This document shows positions 26,240 to 36,153 of a stretch of DNA of 64,000 bases, piece after piece. Numbering within the stretch: the first letter of the stretch is position 1; the number at the start of each line of letters is the position of its first letter. Source of the DNA: Terriglobia bacterium (GTDB lineage Bacteria; Acidobacteriota; Polarisedimenticolia; Polarisedimenticolales; JAIQFR01); assembly GCA_963748015.1 (NCBI GenBank), contig CAVVHE010000004.1:1152001-1216000 (forward strand). The letters run 5' to 3'. Under the pieces are notes generated by a model. The model was given only the letters and a program-made list of their open reading frames with translations, was not told the origin of the DNA and did not search any database. The translations under genes were made by a program, and so were the position numbers.

Positions 26240-27661
26240 ATGGCCCGACGTCCGCCGCTCCTCTTCCTGGCCGTACTTCTCCTGCTCGCCGCGCCGCGGG
26301 GCTCCGTCCGGGCCGAGGAGGCGCCGGGCGACCGCATCACGGCCGGCGGATCGCTGGCGTGGATGTTCTCCCCCGACATCGACCTTCTCGGCGTGCTCCG
26401 CGCCGACCTCCCCTTCGCCGTCTCCGGCGCGCGGAGCCTCTACCTGTCCGTCGACACCCTGACGGCGATCGAGAAGGCCTCGTCGGACTTCACCTTCGGC
26501 GTGCACGAGCTGGACTACGCGATCGAGGCGGGCGCGAGGTCGGAGCGCCCCTCGGGACGCGTCCTCTCGGCCTTCGCCGGCCGCCGCGGCAAGGAGCTCG
26601 TGGACGCGGCCGGCGAGCCCTTCGTCGCGTACGCGGGGGGCGGCATCGAGTCGCGCGGCTTCCGGCGCGCCTCCTGGTCGCGGCCGCTCGAATGGAAGGC
26701 GGACATCGGCGCGGTCGTCGCGCAGCGCGACGTGGAGGCGGCGATCCTCGCGCGCGGGGAGCTGCGCTGGCTCCACGGCGGCCCCGGCGTGGCATTCGGC
26801 GGGGATGCGCGTGTCGAAGCGCTAGCGGGAAGCGGGTCGGGCGTCGCGGCCGACCTCTCGATAGGCCCGCGGCTCGACGTGTACCTTTCCGGCGGGCGGC
26901 GTGTCGCCTTCTTCGTTCGCTACCTCCGCTCGCGGAATCCGCTGGGGATCGAGGTTTCGGGCGTCACGGCCGGCTTCGATTTCGCGGAAGGCCCCTACAC
27001 CGGCCCCGCTCCCCGCCCCGCGCCCCCCGACGTCTCCGGCAACGTCGCGGCGGGCTCGGGCGGCGGCCGGTCGACGGGACGACTCGAGATCCTCGTGGCC
27101 TCGCCGCCGTTCAAGCAGCGTTATCGCGCGGTGATGGACGTGGATTCGAACGTCCTCACGGGTAGCGACACCGACGAGCTGTACTACCTTTACCACGTCG
27201 GAATCGAGCGGGAAGGCGATCGCCACCTCGCCGGCGTCTACGCCTACCATCGCTCGAACCACCAGCTCGCTCATCCGAACGACACCGTCACGAGCCTCAA
27301 CGTCGTCGAGACGGGCGTCGAGAGCCCGGATTACGATCGAGCCGTCCGGCGGAGCGAGGCGCCGCGCTTCGGCTCCCTCGATTTCCGCGCCAGGGCCGGC
27401 CTCGTGATCCAGAGCACCGGGAGCACGGAGAGCCGGTGGAACGCCCGCGGCGGCCTGCGCTGGTCGTGGACGCGAACCGACGGCCCGGCGGTCCCCTTCG
27501 TTCGCGTCGACGGAGAGGAGGGCCAGGTGAGCCGCCTCGCGGTCGCGGCGGGGGCCGCCTTCCGCTCGGGGGATTCGGTGTGGGTCGAATGGCGGCGCGA
27601 CGACCAGTACTTCGGCGAGGAGCAGAGCGCGTGGCTCCTCTCGGCGGGCCGATCGTTCTGA
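26240..27661 (+). CDS. Putative outer-membrane beta-barrel protein of unknown function
   Basis: Signal peptide (VRA-E), amphipathic strands, C-terminal WLLSAGRSF. Confidence 0.65.
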   Translation: MARRPPLLFLAVLLLLAAPRGSVRAEEAPGDRITAGGSLAWMFSPDIDLLGVLRADLPFAVSGARSLYLSVDTLTAIEKASSDFTFGVHELDYAIEAGARSERPSGRVLSAFAGRRGKELVDAAGEPFVAYAGGGIESRGFRRASWSRPLEWKADIGAVVAQRDVEAAILARGELRWLHGGPGVAFGGDARVEALAGSGSGVAADLSIGPRLDVYLSGGRRVAFFVRYLRSRNPLGIEVSGVTAGFDFAEGPYTGPAPRPAPPDVSGNVAAGSGGGRSTGRLEILVASPPFKQRYRAVMDVDSNVLTGSDTDELYYLYHVGIEREGDRHLAGVYAYHRSNHQLAHPNDTVTSLNVVETGVESPDYDRAVRRSEAPRFGSLDFRARAGLVIQSTGSTESRWNARGGLRWSWTRTDGPAVPFVRVDGEEGQVSRLAVAAGAAFRSGDSVWVEWRRDDQYFGEEQSAWLLSAGRSF

Positions 27662-27669
27662 GCCGCGGA

Positions 27670-28212
27670 TCAGCCCCGGCCGCGCCGCTTCCGTTTCGAC
27701 GTCGCGAGATAGCGGTCGCGAAGATCCGCGAGGGCATCCGGGGTCAGCTCGCCCTGCTTCGCTCCGACTCCCCTACCGCCGGGGGCTCTCTTGCCGGGGA
27801 GCGCCACCGGGTCCTTCGGCGTCGCCGGCGCCTCGTCCAGCGGCGCGACCGGTATCGCCTCGCTCCCGTCGGGGAGATGGACTCGAAGCTTGCGAATGTG
27901 GAGCTCCGGGGCCAGCGCCGACGCGCGAGACGCGAGTTCCCGGAGCTGCTCCCGCAAAGCGTCCGCCCACCGGCGCTCCGGCACCTCGATCTCGAGAACG
28001 CCCCGCTCGACACGCCTGGCCCGCGCCCGCGCCGCGAGCGTCGTCCCCGCCACCCGCCGCCACGCATCGGCGAGCAGCAGCTCCCGCGCCCGGGGAGGCG
28101 GCAGCGGAAGCTCCCGCGTTCCCGACGCCCCGAGCGGCTCGAACCCGCGCCGACGCCGACGTATACTGGGGTCGAACGTTTTTGGCGTAACCTCTCCTCG
28201 GCCGGCTGACAT
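27670..28212 (-). CDS. DUF721/DciA-family protein
   Basis: AWRRVAGTTLAARARARRVERGVLEIEVPERRWADAL matches the DciA pattern. Start uncertain. Confidence 0.75.
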   Translation of the reverse strand: MSAGRGEVTPKTFDPSIRRRRRGFEPLGASGTRELPLPPPRARELLLADAWRRVAGTTLAARARARRVERGVLEIEVPERRWADALREQLRELASRASALAPELHIRKLRVHLPDGSEAIPVAPLDEAPATPKDPVALPGKRAPGGRGVGAKQGELTPDALADLRDRYLATSKRKRRGRG

Positions 28213-28255
28213 ACCGGGATGGGTAGGAGATGTTACGCCAGGTTCTGGAGGCCGC

Positions 28256-28474
28256 GTGAGCCACTGCAATTTCCGGACGAGCTGGGGAGGCGCGCTGTTC
28301 TGTCAGGACCCGGTCTACCTCGAGGGGTTCTGCAAGTTCCACCACGCGGCGCTGCTCCGCGGCGAGATCAACGAGCGCGGGGTCATCAACGAGCTCCTCT
28401 CGGACCAGCACCGCCGCCGCGAGATCAACTTCCACGGGATCCAAGCCCCTGTCGGAATGTACGAAGAGGAGTAG
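28256..28474 (+). CDS. Small hypothetical protein (72 aa) with a possible CCCH zinc site
   Basis: GGAGG RBS plus GTG. SHCNFRTSWGGALFCQDPVYLEGFCKFHH. High-GC3 codon pattern. Confidence 0.7.
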   Translation: MSHCNFRTSWGGALFCQDPVYLEGFCKFHHAALLRGEINERGVINELLSDQHRRREINFHGIQAPVGMYEEE

Positions 28475-28476
28475 CG

Positions 28477-28914
28477 TCACCTCGGGGCGGAGGCGTGCGC
28501 CTCCATCCAGCTCTGCAGGATCAGCACCGCCGCGAGGGAGTCGATCACCTTCCGGCGCCTGGAGCGGCGGACGCCGTCCCCGACGAGCTCGCGCTCGGCC
28601 TGCGCGGTGGTCAGCCTCTCGTCCCACAGCTCGACGGGGACCGCCACGGTCTTGCGGAGCCGCTCCGCGGTCTCGCGTGCCTCGCGCGCCCGCGTCCCTT
28701 CCTCGCCCGACAGCAACAACGGGTACCCGACGACGAGCCTCGTCGCCTCCCGCTCCTCCACCAGCTTCGCGATGGCGAGAAGGTCCGCTCGGCGGGAGGC
28801 GCTGGCCAGGAATCCCAGAGGCTGGGCGGTGATTCCCAGCTCGTCCGAGATCGCGAGCCCGATGCGGGCGTCCCCGAGGTCGAGCGCAAGCACCCGGCCG
28901 TGAGGCTCGGTCAA
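28477..28914 (-). CDS. ruvX: Holliday junction resolvase-like protein RuvX/YqgF
   Basis: LALDLGDARIGLAISD, WDERLTT and IDSLAAVLILQ. TTG start overlaps the upstream stop. Confidence 0.95.
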   Translation of the reverse strand: MTEPHGRVLALDLGDARIGLAISDELGITAQPLGFLASASRRADLLAIAKLVEEREATRLVVGYPLLLSGEEGTRAREARETAERLRKTVAVPVELWDERLTTAQAERELVGDGVRRSRRRKVIDSLAAVLILQSWMEAHASAPR

Positions 28915-29990
28915 TGGGCGGTCTCGCCGTGCACGGCCGGGGCGGGTGCCGGGGAACCGGGAGCGCCGCCCGCGGGCTGCGTTTTCGCGAGGGTCGCCTG
29001 CGTCCACTTGAGCGTGTCCGGATCGTCGGGGAAGCGGCCCGTGAGGAAGTACAGGTAGCTTTCCTGCGAGATGACCCGGCTCTTGTCGTCCAGGAAAGCC
29101 CGGGTCTCGCCCACGCGCTTTCCCTGGTTGCCGGTGAAGACGATGCGGGTGCTCCCCTCGACCTCCTCCTGGGAGCTGTACGTCCCGCCGTACGCCCCGA
29201 AGACGAAATCGATCCCGGGAATCTCCTTCGCGACCTGGCGGGCGTCGTAGACGCTCAGCTCGGCCAGCAGCACGACCAGGTCCGCCTTCTTGCGAACCTC
29301 GTCGAGGTACTTCCGCACCATCTCCGCGGGCTGGGCGATCGATACGTTGCTTCCCGCCGGGCCGGTCTTGAGGAACACCGGGTTGAAGCGCACGACGCTC
29401 ATCACGCCGACCTTGACGGGCGGCTTGCCGTCACCCCGCTTCGCCTCGACGATCACGTAGGGCTTGAACACCGGCTCGCTCGTTCCCCTGCGGACGAAGT
29501 TCGTCGAGACGAGCGGGAACGGGGCGCCGGACATCTTCTTCAAGAGGTCGTCGTAGCCGAGGACCAGGTCGCGCTCCGCGACGCCGACCGCCGCGTACCC
29601 GAGACGCCCCATCCCCTCGATCAGCGCCGTCGTCTTCTTGTCGCCTTCCGCGGAAGGGTTGTCGGAGTAATTGCCGGAGTCGAGGAGGACGATCGCGGCC
29701 CCGGGGAACTTCGACTGCAGCTGGTTCTTGAGCCAGGCCCTCCGGGCCAGGCCCCCCGCGGGGTTGACCTTTCACCCACAGGGTTCGATGTAGCCGATGA
29801 CGTCCCCGGTGTACAGGAAGATGACGTCCGGAGGGTTCCCCGACGCCACCAGCGCGCCGGCCGGAGGGTCGAGGCCGCGGGCCGGGAGCGGCGCCGCGGG
29901 CGGCTTGGGGGCTTCCTGCGCCCAGGCGACGGCGGCGCAGAGGGCCGCGGCCGCGACGAGTGCCGAAACGCTTGCTCTGACTCGACCCAT
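28911..29990 (-). CDS. Secreted UshA/5'-nucleotidase-like metallophosphoesterase-fold selenoprotein (in-frame UGA at 29772-29774, Sec73, CGU motif)
   Basis: Signal peptide MGRVRA..AWA. IFLYTGDVIGYIEPCG-UGA-KVNPAGGLARRA..IVLLDSGN continues in frame into ORF 28911..29612. Confidence 0.88.
29730..29754 (-). promoter_or_regulatory. Bacterial SECIS-like hairpin
   Basis: mRNA GGGCC-U-GGCCC-GGA-GGGCC-U-GGCUC, 18-42 nt after the UGA, with G at the start of the apical loop. Confidence 0.65.
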
Positions 29991-30029
29991 CTCGGTACTC
30001 CTCGTCGCCGGAATTGCCCCCGACTCGCG

Positions 30030-30059
30030 ATTATAGGGTCGCGTATCCGGACGCGCCAA
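30030..30059 (-). promoter_or_regulatory. Putative sigma70 promoter of the selenoprotein-ruvX genes
   Basis: Minus strand TTGGCG-18 nt-TATAAT, about 40 nt upstream of the ATG. Confidence 0.5.
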
Positions 30060-30166
30060 CGCCCCAGGCGTTGACACGGCGGGCTCGAGCCCGTGAAGAT
30101 GTGCGGCCGCGCGAGCGGCCGCGGCCCGCGGAGCCGGCCCGCCGCAGCCGCCGCCCTGGAGCGCCG

Positions 30167-30787
30167 ATGACGCCGCCCGTCCGCCTGTTCCTCGCCTCCG
30201 CCTCGCCGAGACGCCTAGCACTACTCCGCGAAGCCGGGCTCGATCCCGTGCCCTGTCCGACGGGAGTGCCCGAGGCGGCGCTTCCGGGCGAGAGCGCCGA
30301 CGGCCACGTCCTGCGCCTCGCGCGCGAGAAGGGGCGGCACGCCCTCGCCGGCCTCGCGGCGCAGGGAGCGGACGGCCTCGTGCTGTCGGCCGACACCGCG
30401 GTGGTGCTCGACGGGGCCATCCTCGGCAAGCCCGCGGACGACGAGGAGGCCGCCGGCATGCTCCGCAGGCTCTCGGGGCGCGCGCACGAGGTGCTGACGG
30501 GCGTCTTCCTCGCGAGGATCGGCACGCCCCTCTCCGCGGAGGACGTGGGCCGGACGCGGGTCACGTTCAAGCGCTACGGCGACCGAGAGCTCCTCCGGTA
30601 CGTCGCGACGGGCGAGCCCCGGGACAAGGCCGGCGCGTACGGCATCCAGGGCGAGGGCGGAGCGCTCGTCGAGGGGATCGAGGGCTCCTGGTCGAACGTC
30701 GTGGGCCTCCCGATGGAGCTCCTGCCGCGCCTCTACGCGAGCGTCGGGGAGACCTGGCCCGGAGCCGTCCGCCCGGACGGCCGGTGA
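30167..30787 (+). CDS. maf: Maf-family nucleoside triphosphate pyrophosphatase
   Basis: LASASPRR, SADTAV, GKP, DKAGAYGIQG and NVVGLP. Confidence 0.95.
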   Translation: MTPPVRLFLASASPRRLALLREAGLDPVPCPTGVPEAALPGESADGHVLRLAREKGRHALAGLAAQGADGLVLSADTAVVLDGAILGKPADDEEAAGMLRRLSGRAHEVLTGVFLARIGTPLSAEDVGRTRVTFKRYGDRELLRYVATGEPRDKAGAYGIQGEGGALVEGIEGSWSNVVGLPMELLPRLYASVGETWPGAVRPDGR

Positions 30788-30820
30788 AGCCGGCCCGCGC
30801 CCCCGCTCTCTCCCGAGGCG

Positions 30821-32311
30821 TCAGGGCTTGAAGCGCAGCTTCGGCTTCCGCGCCGCTCCGGTCTCGTCGAGGCGCCGGAGGGGCGTGGTGTGCGGAGCGG
30901 TCTTCACGAGCTCGGGGTCGGTCTTCGCCTCCTCCACGATCGCCTTGATCGCCGCGACGAACGCATCGAGCTCTTCCCGGCTCTCGGTCTCGGTCGGCTC
31001 GATCATCAGCGCGCCGTGGACGATCAGCGGGAAGTAGACCGTCGGCGGGTGGAAGCCGTAGTCCATCAGCCGCTTCGCGATGTCGAGCGTCTTGACCCCG
31101 GTCTCCCTCTCGAGGTCGTGGTCCGCGAACACCACCTCGTGGTACGACGGCGAGGCGTAGGGCAGCGTGAGCACCCCCTCGAGCCCGCGCCGAATGTAGT
31201 TCGCGTTCAGGATCGCCGTCAGTCCCGCCTCGCGGAGCCCCTCGGCACCGAGAGCCCGGATGTAGGCGTACGCCCGGACGAACATGCCGAAGTTGCCGTA
31301 GAACGACCGCACCTTGCCGATGCTCTGCGGGCGGTCGTAGTCGAAGCGGTAGGCGCCGTGCTTCCCGGCGACGCGCGGGACCGGCAGGAACGGCTCGAGG
31401 TGCTTCTTGACCGCGACCGCGCCGGCGCCCGGCCCACCGCCGCCGTGGGGCGTCGAGAAGGTCTTGTGCAGGTTGAGGTGCATGACGTCGACGCCCGCAT
31501 CCCCCGGACGGGTGATGCCGATCATCGCGTTCATGTTCGCGCCGTCCATGTAGAGCATCGCGCCGGCGTCGTGGAGGATCTTCGCGATCTCGGCCAGGTC
31601 CTCCTCGAACACCCCGAGCGTGTTCGGGTTGGTCACCATCAGCGCCGCGACGGTCCCGTCCACGCGCCTCCTGAGCGCGTCGAGGTCGACGCACCCCTTG
31701 GCGTTCGAGGGGACCTCCTCCACCTCGTACCCCGAGAACGAAGCCGTCGCGGGGTTCGTGCCGTGCGCCGAATCCGTGACGAGGATGACCTTGCGCGCGT
31801 CGCCGCGGGACTCGAGGCAGGCGCGGATCAGCATGACGCCGGCGAGCTCGCCGTGCGCTCCCGCCGCGGGCTGCAGCGTGACCGCGTCCATTCCGGTGAT
31901 CGTCGCGAGCAGCTCCTCGAGATCGTGGATCAGCTCGAGGCTCCCCTGCGACAGCGCGTCGGGGGCGTACGGGTGGGCCCGGGCGAATCCGGGCAGACGG
32001 GCGGCCCACTCGTTCACCTTCGGGTTGTACTTCATCGTGCACGAGCCGAGCGGGTAGAGGCCGCGATCCACCGCGTAGTTGAGCATGGACAGGCGCGTGA
32101 AGTGGCGGACGACCTCGGGCTCGGACAGCTCCGGCATCCCTTCCACCCCGTCGCGCGAGAGCTCGGGCTCGATCGCCTCCGCGGCGTCGGGCACGTCGAG
32201 CGGCGGGAGGTCCACTCCGCGCCTCCCGGGCCTCCCCTCCTCGAAGAGGAGCTTGAGGCGTTCGCGGCTCTGCCTGGCGCGGACCGCGGGGCTCACCGTC
32301 TTGGCGTCCAT
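30821..32311 (-). CDS. gcvPB: Glycine dehydrogenase subunit 2
   Basis: YPLGSCTMKYNP, NLHKTFSTPHGGGGPG and EPTETES. Confidence 0.97.
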   Translation of the reverse strand: MDAKTVSPAVRARQSRERLKLLFEEGRPGRRGVDLPPLDVPDAAEAIEPELSRDGVEGMPELSEPEVVRHFTRLSMLNYAVDRGLYPLGSCTMKYNPKVNEWAARLPGFARAHPYAPDALSQGSLELIHDLEELLATITGMDAVTLQPAAGAHGELAGVMLIRACLESRGDARKVILVTDSAHGTNPATASFSGYEVEEVPSNAKGCVDLDALRRRVDGTVAALMVTNPNTLGVFEEDLAEIAKILHDAGAMLYMDGANMNAMIGITRPGDAGVDVMHLNLHKTFSTPHGGGGPGAGAVAVKKHLEPFLPVPRVAGKHGAYRFDYDRPQSIGKVRSFYGNFGMFVRAYAYIRALGAEGLREAGLTAILNANYIRRGLEGVLTLPYASPSYHEVVFADHDLERETGVKTLDIAKRLMDYGFHPPTVYFPLIVHGALMIEPTETESREELDAFVAAIKAIVEEAKTDPELVKTAPHTTPLRRLDETGAARKPKLRFKP

Positions 32312-33660
32312 CACAGCACCTCCGCCAGGGCGGCCGCGTAGGCGTCCACGTCCTCGCGCCGCGTGCGCTCGGTGACCGCGACGAGGAGCCGGTCGCGCAT
32401 CTCGGGGAACCACCTCGACAGGTCCAGGCCGCCGAGGATCCCCTTCGCCCTCAGGGCCTCGAGGACCTCCGCGGCGGGTCTCGGAATCGTGAGGGCGAAC
32501 TCGTTGAAGACGGGGCCGCCGAAGGTCCGCGAAACACCCTTCACCGCGGTCAGCGCGGCCAGGGCGTAGGCCGCCTTGGCCCGGTTGGCGCGCGCGGTCT
32601 CGCGAAGGCCGTGCTTCCCGAGCAGCGCGAGGTGGATCGTCGCGGCCGTCATGCAGAGTCCCTGGTTCGTGCAGATGTTCGACGTCGCCTTCGCGCGGCG
32701 GATGTGCTGCTCGCGCGTCGACAGGGTCAGCACGAAGCCGCGCCGCCCCTCGATGTCGGTCGTCTCCCCCACGATCCGGCCGGGCATCTGCCGCAAGTAC
32801 TTCTCGCGAGCGGCCATGAACCCGAGATACGGGCCGCCGTACGACAGCGCGTTGCCGAAGCCCTGCGCCTCTCCGACGGTGACATCGCACCCGAGGTCGC
32901 CGGGCCCCGCGAGGACGCCGAGGCTGAACGGCTCGGCGACGACCGCCACCGCGGCGGCCCCCTTCGCGTGCGCGGCGGCCGCGACCCGGTCGAGCCGCTC
33001 CACCACGCCGAACGCGTTCGGGCTCTGCACCGCGACCGCGGCCGTCTTGTCGTCCACCGCGGCCTCGAGCGCCTTCGGGTCGACGCGCCCGTCGCTCCCC
33101 CACGGGAGCGTCTCCATCGTGAGGCCGAGGTTCTTGAAGTAGGTGCGGGCGGTGAGGATGTACTCGGGATGGAGGCTGCCGGCGACCACCATCCGGTCGC
33201 GGCCGTGCACCCGGTTCGCCATGAGGAGCGCCTCGACGACGGCCGTGGCCCCGTCGTAGAGCGAGGCGTTGGCCACGTCGAGCCCGGTCAGCATGCAGAC
33301 CATGCTCTGGAACTCGAAGATCGTCTGAAGGGTCCCCTGGCTGATCTCGGGCTGGTACGGCGTGTAGGACGAGTAGAACTCGGTCCGCGACAGCAGGTGG
33401 TCCACCGCGACCGGGACGAAGTGATCGTACGCCCCCGCCCCCAGGAACGACCGGTAGCACCCGGTCGAGCCGTTCTTCATGGACAACTCCGACATCCGCT
33501 CCTGCAGCTCCATCTCGGACAGCGGCGGCGGCAGGTCGAGCGGTGCGCGGAGCCTGAGTCCGGCCGGCACCGTGGCGACGAGGTCGTCGGGCCCGGACGC
33601 CCCGACGGCCTCGAGCATGGCCGCGCGGTCGGCGGGTCCGTGGGGCAGGTAGCGCATCAT
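32311..33660 (-). CDS. gcvPA: Glycine dehydrogenase subunit 1
   Basis: FLGAG, YTPYQPEISQG and REQHIRRAKATSNICTNQ. Confidence 0.97.
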   Translation of the reverse strand: MMRYLPHGPADRAAMLEAVGASGPDDLVATVPAGLRLRAPLDLPPPLSEMELQERMSELSMKNGSTGCYRSFLGAGAYDHFVPVAVDHLLSRTEFYSSYTPYQPEISQGTLQTIFEFQSMVCMLTGLDVANASLYDGATAVVEALLMANRVHGRDRMVVAGSLHPEYILTARTYFKNLGLTMETLPWGSDGRVDPKALEAAVDDKTAAVAVQSPNAFGVVERLDRVAAAAHAKGAAAVAVVAEPFSLGVLAGPGDLGCDVTVGEAQGFGNALSYGGPYLGFMAAREKYLRQMPGRIVGETTDIEGRRGFVLTLSTREQHIRRAKATSNICTNQGLCMTAATIHLALLGKHGLRETARANRAKAAYALAALTAVKGVSRTFGGPVFNEFALTIPRPAAEVLEALRAKGILGGLDLSRWFPEMRDRLLVAVTERTRREDVDAYAAALAEVL

Positions 33661-33694
33661 CGAAGCCTCTCCCTCGGGGACGGCGGTCTCCCCG

Positions 33695-34072
33695 TTACTT
33701 CGTGGCGATCGCCGTGTAGGCGTCGGCGTTCATCAGCCCGTCGAGCTCCTTCGGGTTCCCGAGCTTCACCTTGCAGATCCACCCGGCGCCGTGCGGGTCC
33801 TTGTTCACGGTCTCCGGGGCGTCCGTCAGCGCGGCGTTCACCTCGGCGATCGTCCCCGAAACGGGCGCGTAGATCTCGGACACCGCCTTCACCGACTCGA
33901 TCGTCCCCATCGTCTCGCCGGCCTTCACCTGGCGTCCGACCTCGGGGAGCTCGACGTAGACGATGTCCCCCAACTCGTGCTGGGCGAAGTCGGTGATGCC
34001 GACGGTGCCGAGCTCTCCCTCGGCCGCGACCCACTCGTGCTCCTTCGTGTAGCGCATCTGCTTCGGGTACAT
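33695..34072 (-). CDS. gcvH: Glycine cleavage system H protein
   Basis: YTKEHEW, GITDFAQ and IESVKA (lipoyl Lys). Confidence 0.97.
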   Translation of the reverse strand: MYPKQMRYTKEHEWVAAEGELGTVGITDFAQHELGDIVYVELPEVGRQVKAGETMGTIESVKAVSEIYAPVSGTIAEVNAALTDAPETVNKDPHGAGWICKVKLGNPKELDGLMNADAYTAIATK

Positions 34073-34181
34073 TTCGGCTTCCTCCGCGCCGGCCGTCTCG
34101 GGCTGGCGAACCGTGCAACGCACTTCGGACTTGGAACACAGGACGGCGGGACGGAGCGTCTCCGGCCCCGCGATCTTCGGA

Positions 34182-35288
34182 TCACCTCGGGCGCTTGTAG
34201 AACGGGGTCGGCACCACGACCGCGGGCTCGCGCCGCCCGCGGATCTCCACCTCGAACCGCGAGCCCGGCTCCCACGAGCCGGCCGGCAGGTAGACGAGCC
34301 CGATGTTCTTCTTGAGGAACGGCGCGAACGATCCGCTGGTCACGACCCCCGCGGGCTTCCCGTCCACGAACGCCGGGTAGCCGTGCCGGGCGACCGCGCG
34401 GCCCTCGGTCTCGAACCCCACCAGCTTTCTGCGGACCCCCTCGTCCTTCTGCTTCGCCAGCACGTCGCTCCCGACGAACGGACCCTTCTCGAGCTTCACG
34501 ATCCAGCCGAGGTCCGCCTCGAGCGCCGTCGTCGTGGCGTCGATGTCGTTCCCGTAGAGAGCCATCTTCGCCTCGAGGCGGAGCGTGTCGCGGGCGCCGA
34601 GGCCGATCGGCACGAGGCCGTGCGGCGCTCCCTGCCCGAGAAGCGCGTACCAGATCTTCTCGGCCGCCGGCGGCGGCGAGTAGATCTCGAATCCGTCCTC
34701 GCCGGTGTAGCCCGTGCGGGAGACGATGCACGGCGCCCCCGAGACTTCCGCCCGCACGAAGGAGTAGTACTTCATCGCGGCGAGGTCGGTGGGGGTGAGG
34801 GGCTTCAGGATCTCGATCGCCCTCGGCCCCTGGAGCGCGATCTGCGCCCAGTCCGCGGAGGCGTCGGTGACCTCCGCGTCGAACCCCTTCGCCCGGTCGC
34901 GCATCCAGGCGAAGTCCTTGGCGGTGTTCGCGGCGTTGACCACGACGAAGTAGTCGTCGTCCGCCATCTTGTAGACGAGTAGGTCGTCGACGAACGCGCC
35001 GTTCGGCGTCATCAGGCCGTTGTAGTGGATCCGCCCGGGCACGAGCCTCGACACGTCGTTGCAGGTGGCGTGCTGGAGGAACGCGAGAGCCTGCGGCCCC
35101 CTCACCAGGACCTCGCCCATGTGGCTGACGTCGAAGAGTCCCGCCCGGGTGCGGACCGCGACGTGCTCGTCCATGACGCCGGTGTACTGCACCGGCATGT
35201 GCCAGCCCGCGAACTCGACCATGCGGGCGCCCGCCGCCACGTGGGCGGCATGCAGCGGGGTGCTCCTGAGCTCCGGCTCGTTCGTCAC
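34182..35288 (-). CDS. gcvT: Glycine cleavage system aminomethyltransferase
   Basis: [28 protein letters not shown] and [15 protein letters not shown] start. Confidence 0.97.
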   Translation of the reverse strand: MTNEPELRSTPLHAAHVAAGARMVEFAGWHMPVQYTGVMDEHVAVRTRAGLFDVSHMGEVLVRGPQALAFLQHATCNDVSRLVPGRIHYNGLMTPNGAFVDDLLVYKMADDDYFVVVNAANTAKDFAWMRDRAKGFDAEVTDASADWAQIALQGPRAIEILKPLTPTDLAAMKYYSFVRAEVSGAPCIVSRTGYTGEDGFEIYSPPPAAEKIWYALLGQGAPHGLVPIGLGARDTLRLEAKMALYGNDIDATTTALEADLGWIVKLEKGPFVGSDVLAKQKDEGVRRKLVGFETEGRAVARHGYPAFVDGKPAGVVTSGSFAPFLKKNIGLVYLPAGSWEPGSRFEVEIRGRREPAVVVPTPFYKRPR

Positions 35289-35359
35289 GGGGTCCTCCCG
35301 GAAGAAGAAGGGAACTTCGGGAAAATTGGGCGGAATATTATCACAGCGCGGGCCCGCCG

Positions 35360-36148
35360 TCAGTCCGCGAGCGCACGGAGGAGCGCGCCCTCGAGCCCGT
35401 CGTCGGTGGGGGCGTCCGCGACGGCCGCGGCGGGGAAGCCGGCCCGCGCGAGCGCGCTCGCGGTGACCTCGCCGATCGCCACCCGCTTCGCTCGCGCGAG
35501 CCCCTCCTCGGCCGCCGCCCGGCCCTCGCCCGCGGCGTCGAGCAGGAGGCGCAGCGCGGACGGCGAGGCGAACACGACCGCGTCGTACTCGCCGTTCGCG
35601 ATCCCGGAGGCCGCCGCCGACGCGCGGGACGAGCCGACCGTGCGGTAGAGAGCGACCTCGTCCACCTCGGCGCCGGCCGCCCGGAGCGCCTCGCCGAGGA
35701 CCTCCCGGGCGGACTCCGGCCTCGCCCACAGGACGCGCATCCCCGGCCTCACGTCCGCGCCGAGTGCCTCCGCGAGCCCCTCCGCGCGGCTGTCCTCGGC
35801 GACGAGGTGGACCGTGAGCCCGGCCTCCTCGAGCGCCTTCGCGGTCCCCGGGCCCACCGCCGCGACCCTCCCGAGGACGTCCTTCGGCCCGCGTCCCGCG
35901 AGACGCAGGGCCTCGGCGAAGAAGCGGACGCCGTTCGGGCTGGTGAACACCAGGACGTCGTAGAGTCCGGCCCGCTCGGCCGCGGCCCGGGCCGGGGCCG
36001 AGCCGGCGAGCGACTCGAAGGCGAGGACCGGCTCGACCGCGACGCGGGCCCCGAGGGACGCGAGTCGGGCGGCGAGGGCGCGCGACTCCGCCTCGGTCCG
36101 GGTCAGGAGCACCGTCCGCCCCTCGAGGGGCCGTCCGCCGCCGGGCAT
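35360..36148 (-). CDS. hemD: Uroporphyrinogen-III synthase
   Basis: [26 protein letters not shown] and AIGEVTA. Confidence 0.93.
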   Translation of the reverse strand: MPGGGRPLEGRTVLLTRTEAESRALAARLASLGARVAVEPVLAFESLAGSAPARAAAERAGLYDVLVFTSPNGVRFFAEALRLAGRGPKDVLGRVAAVGPGTAKALEEAGLTVHLVAEDSRAEGLAEALGADVRPGMRVLWARPESAREVLGEALRAAGAEVDEVALYRTVGSSRASAAASGIANGEYDAVVFASPSALRLLLDAAGEGRAAAEEGLARAKRVAIGEVTASALARAGFPAAAVADAPTDDGLEGALLRALAD

Positions 36149-36153
36149 CTCGG

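Noticed and set aside
35289..35359. Glycine riboswitch upstream of gcvT
   Set aside because: The gap is only about 70 bp and has no recognisable aptamer.
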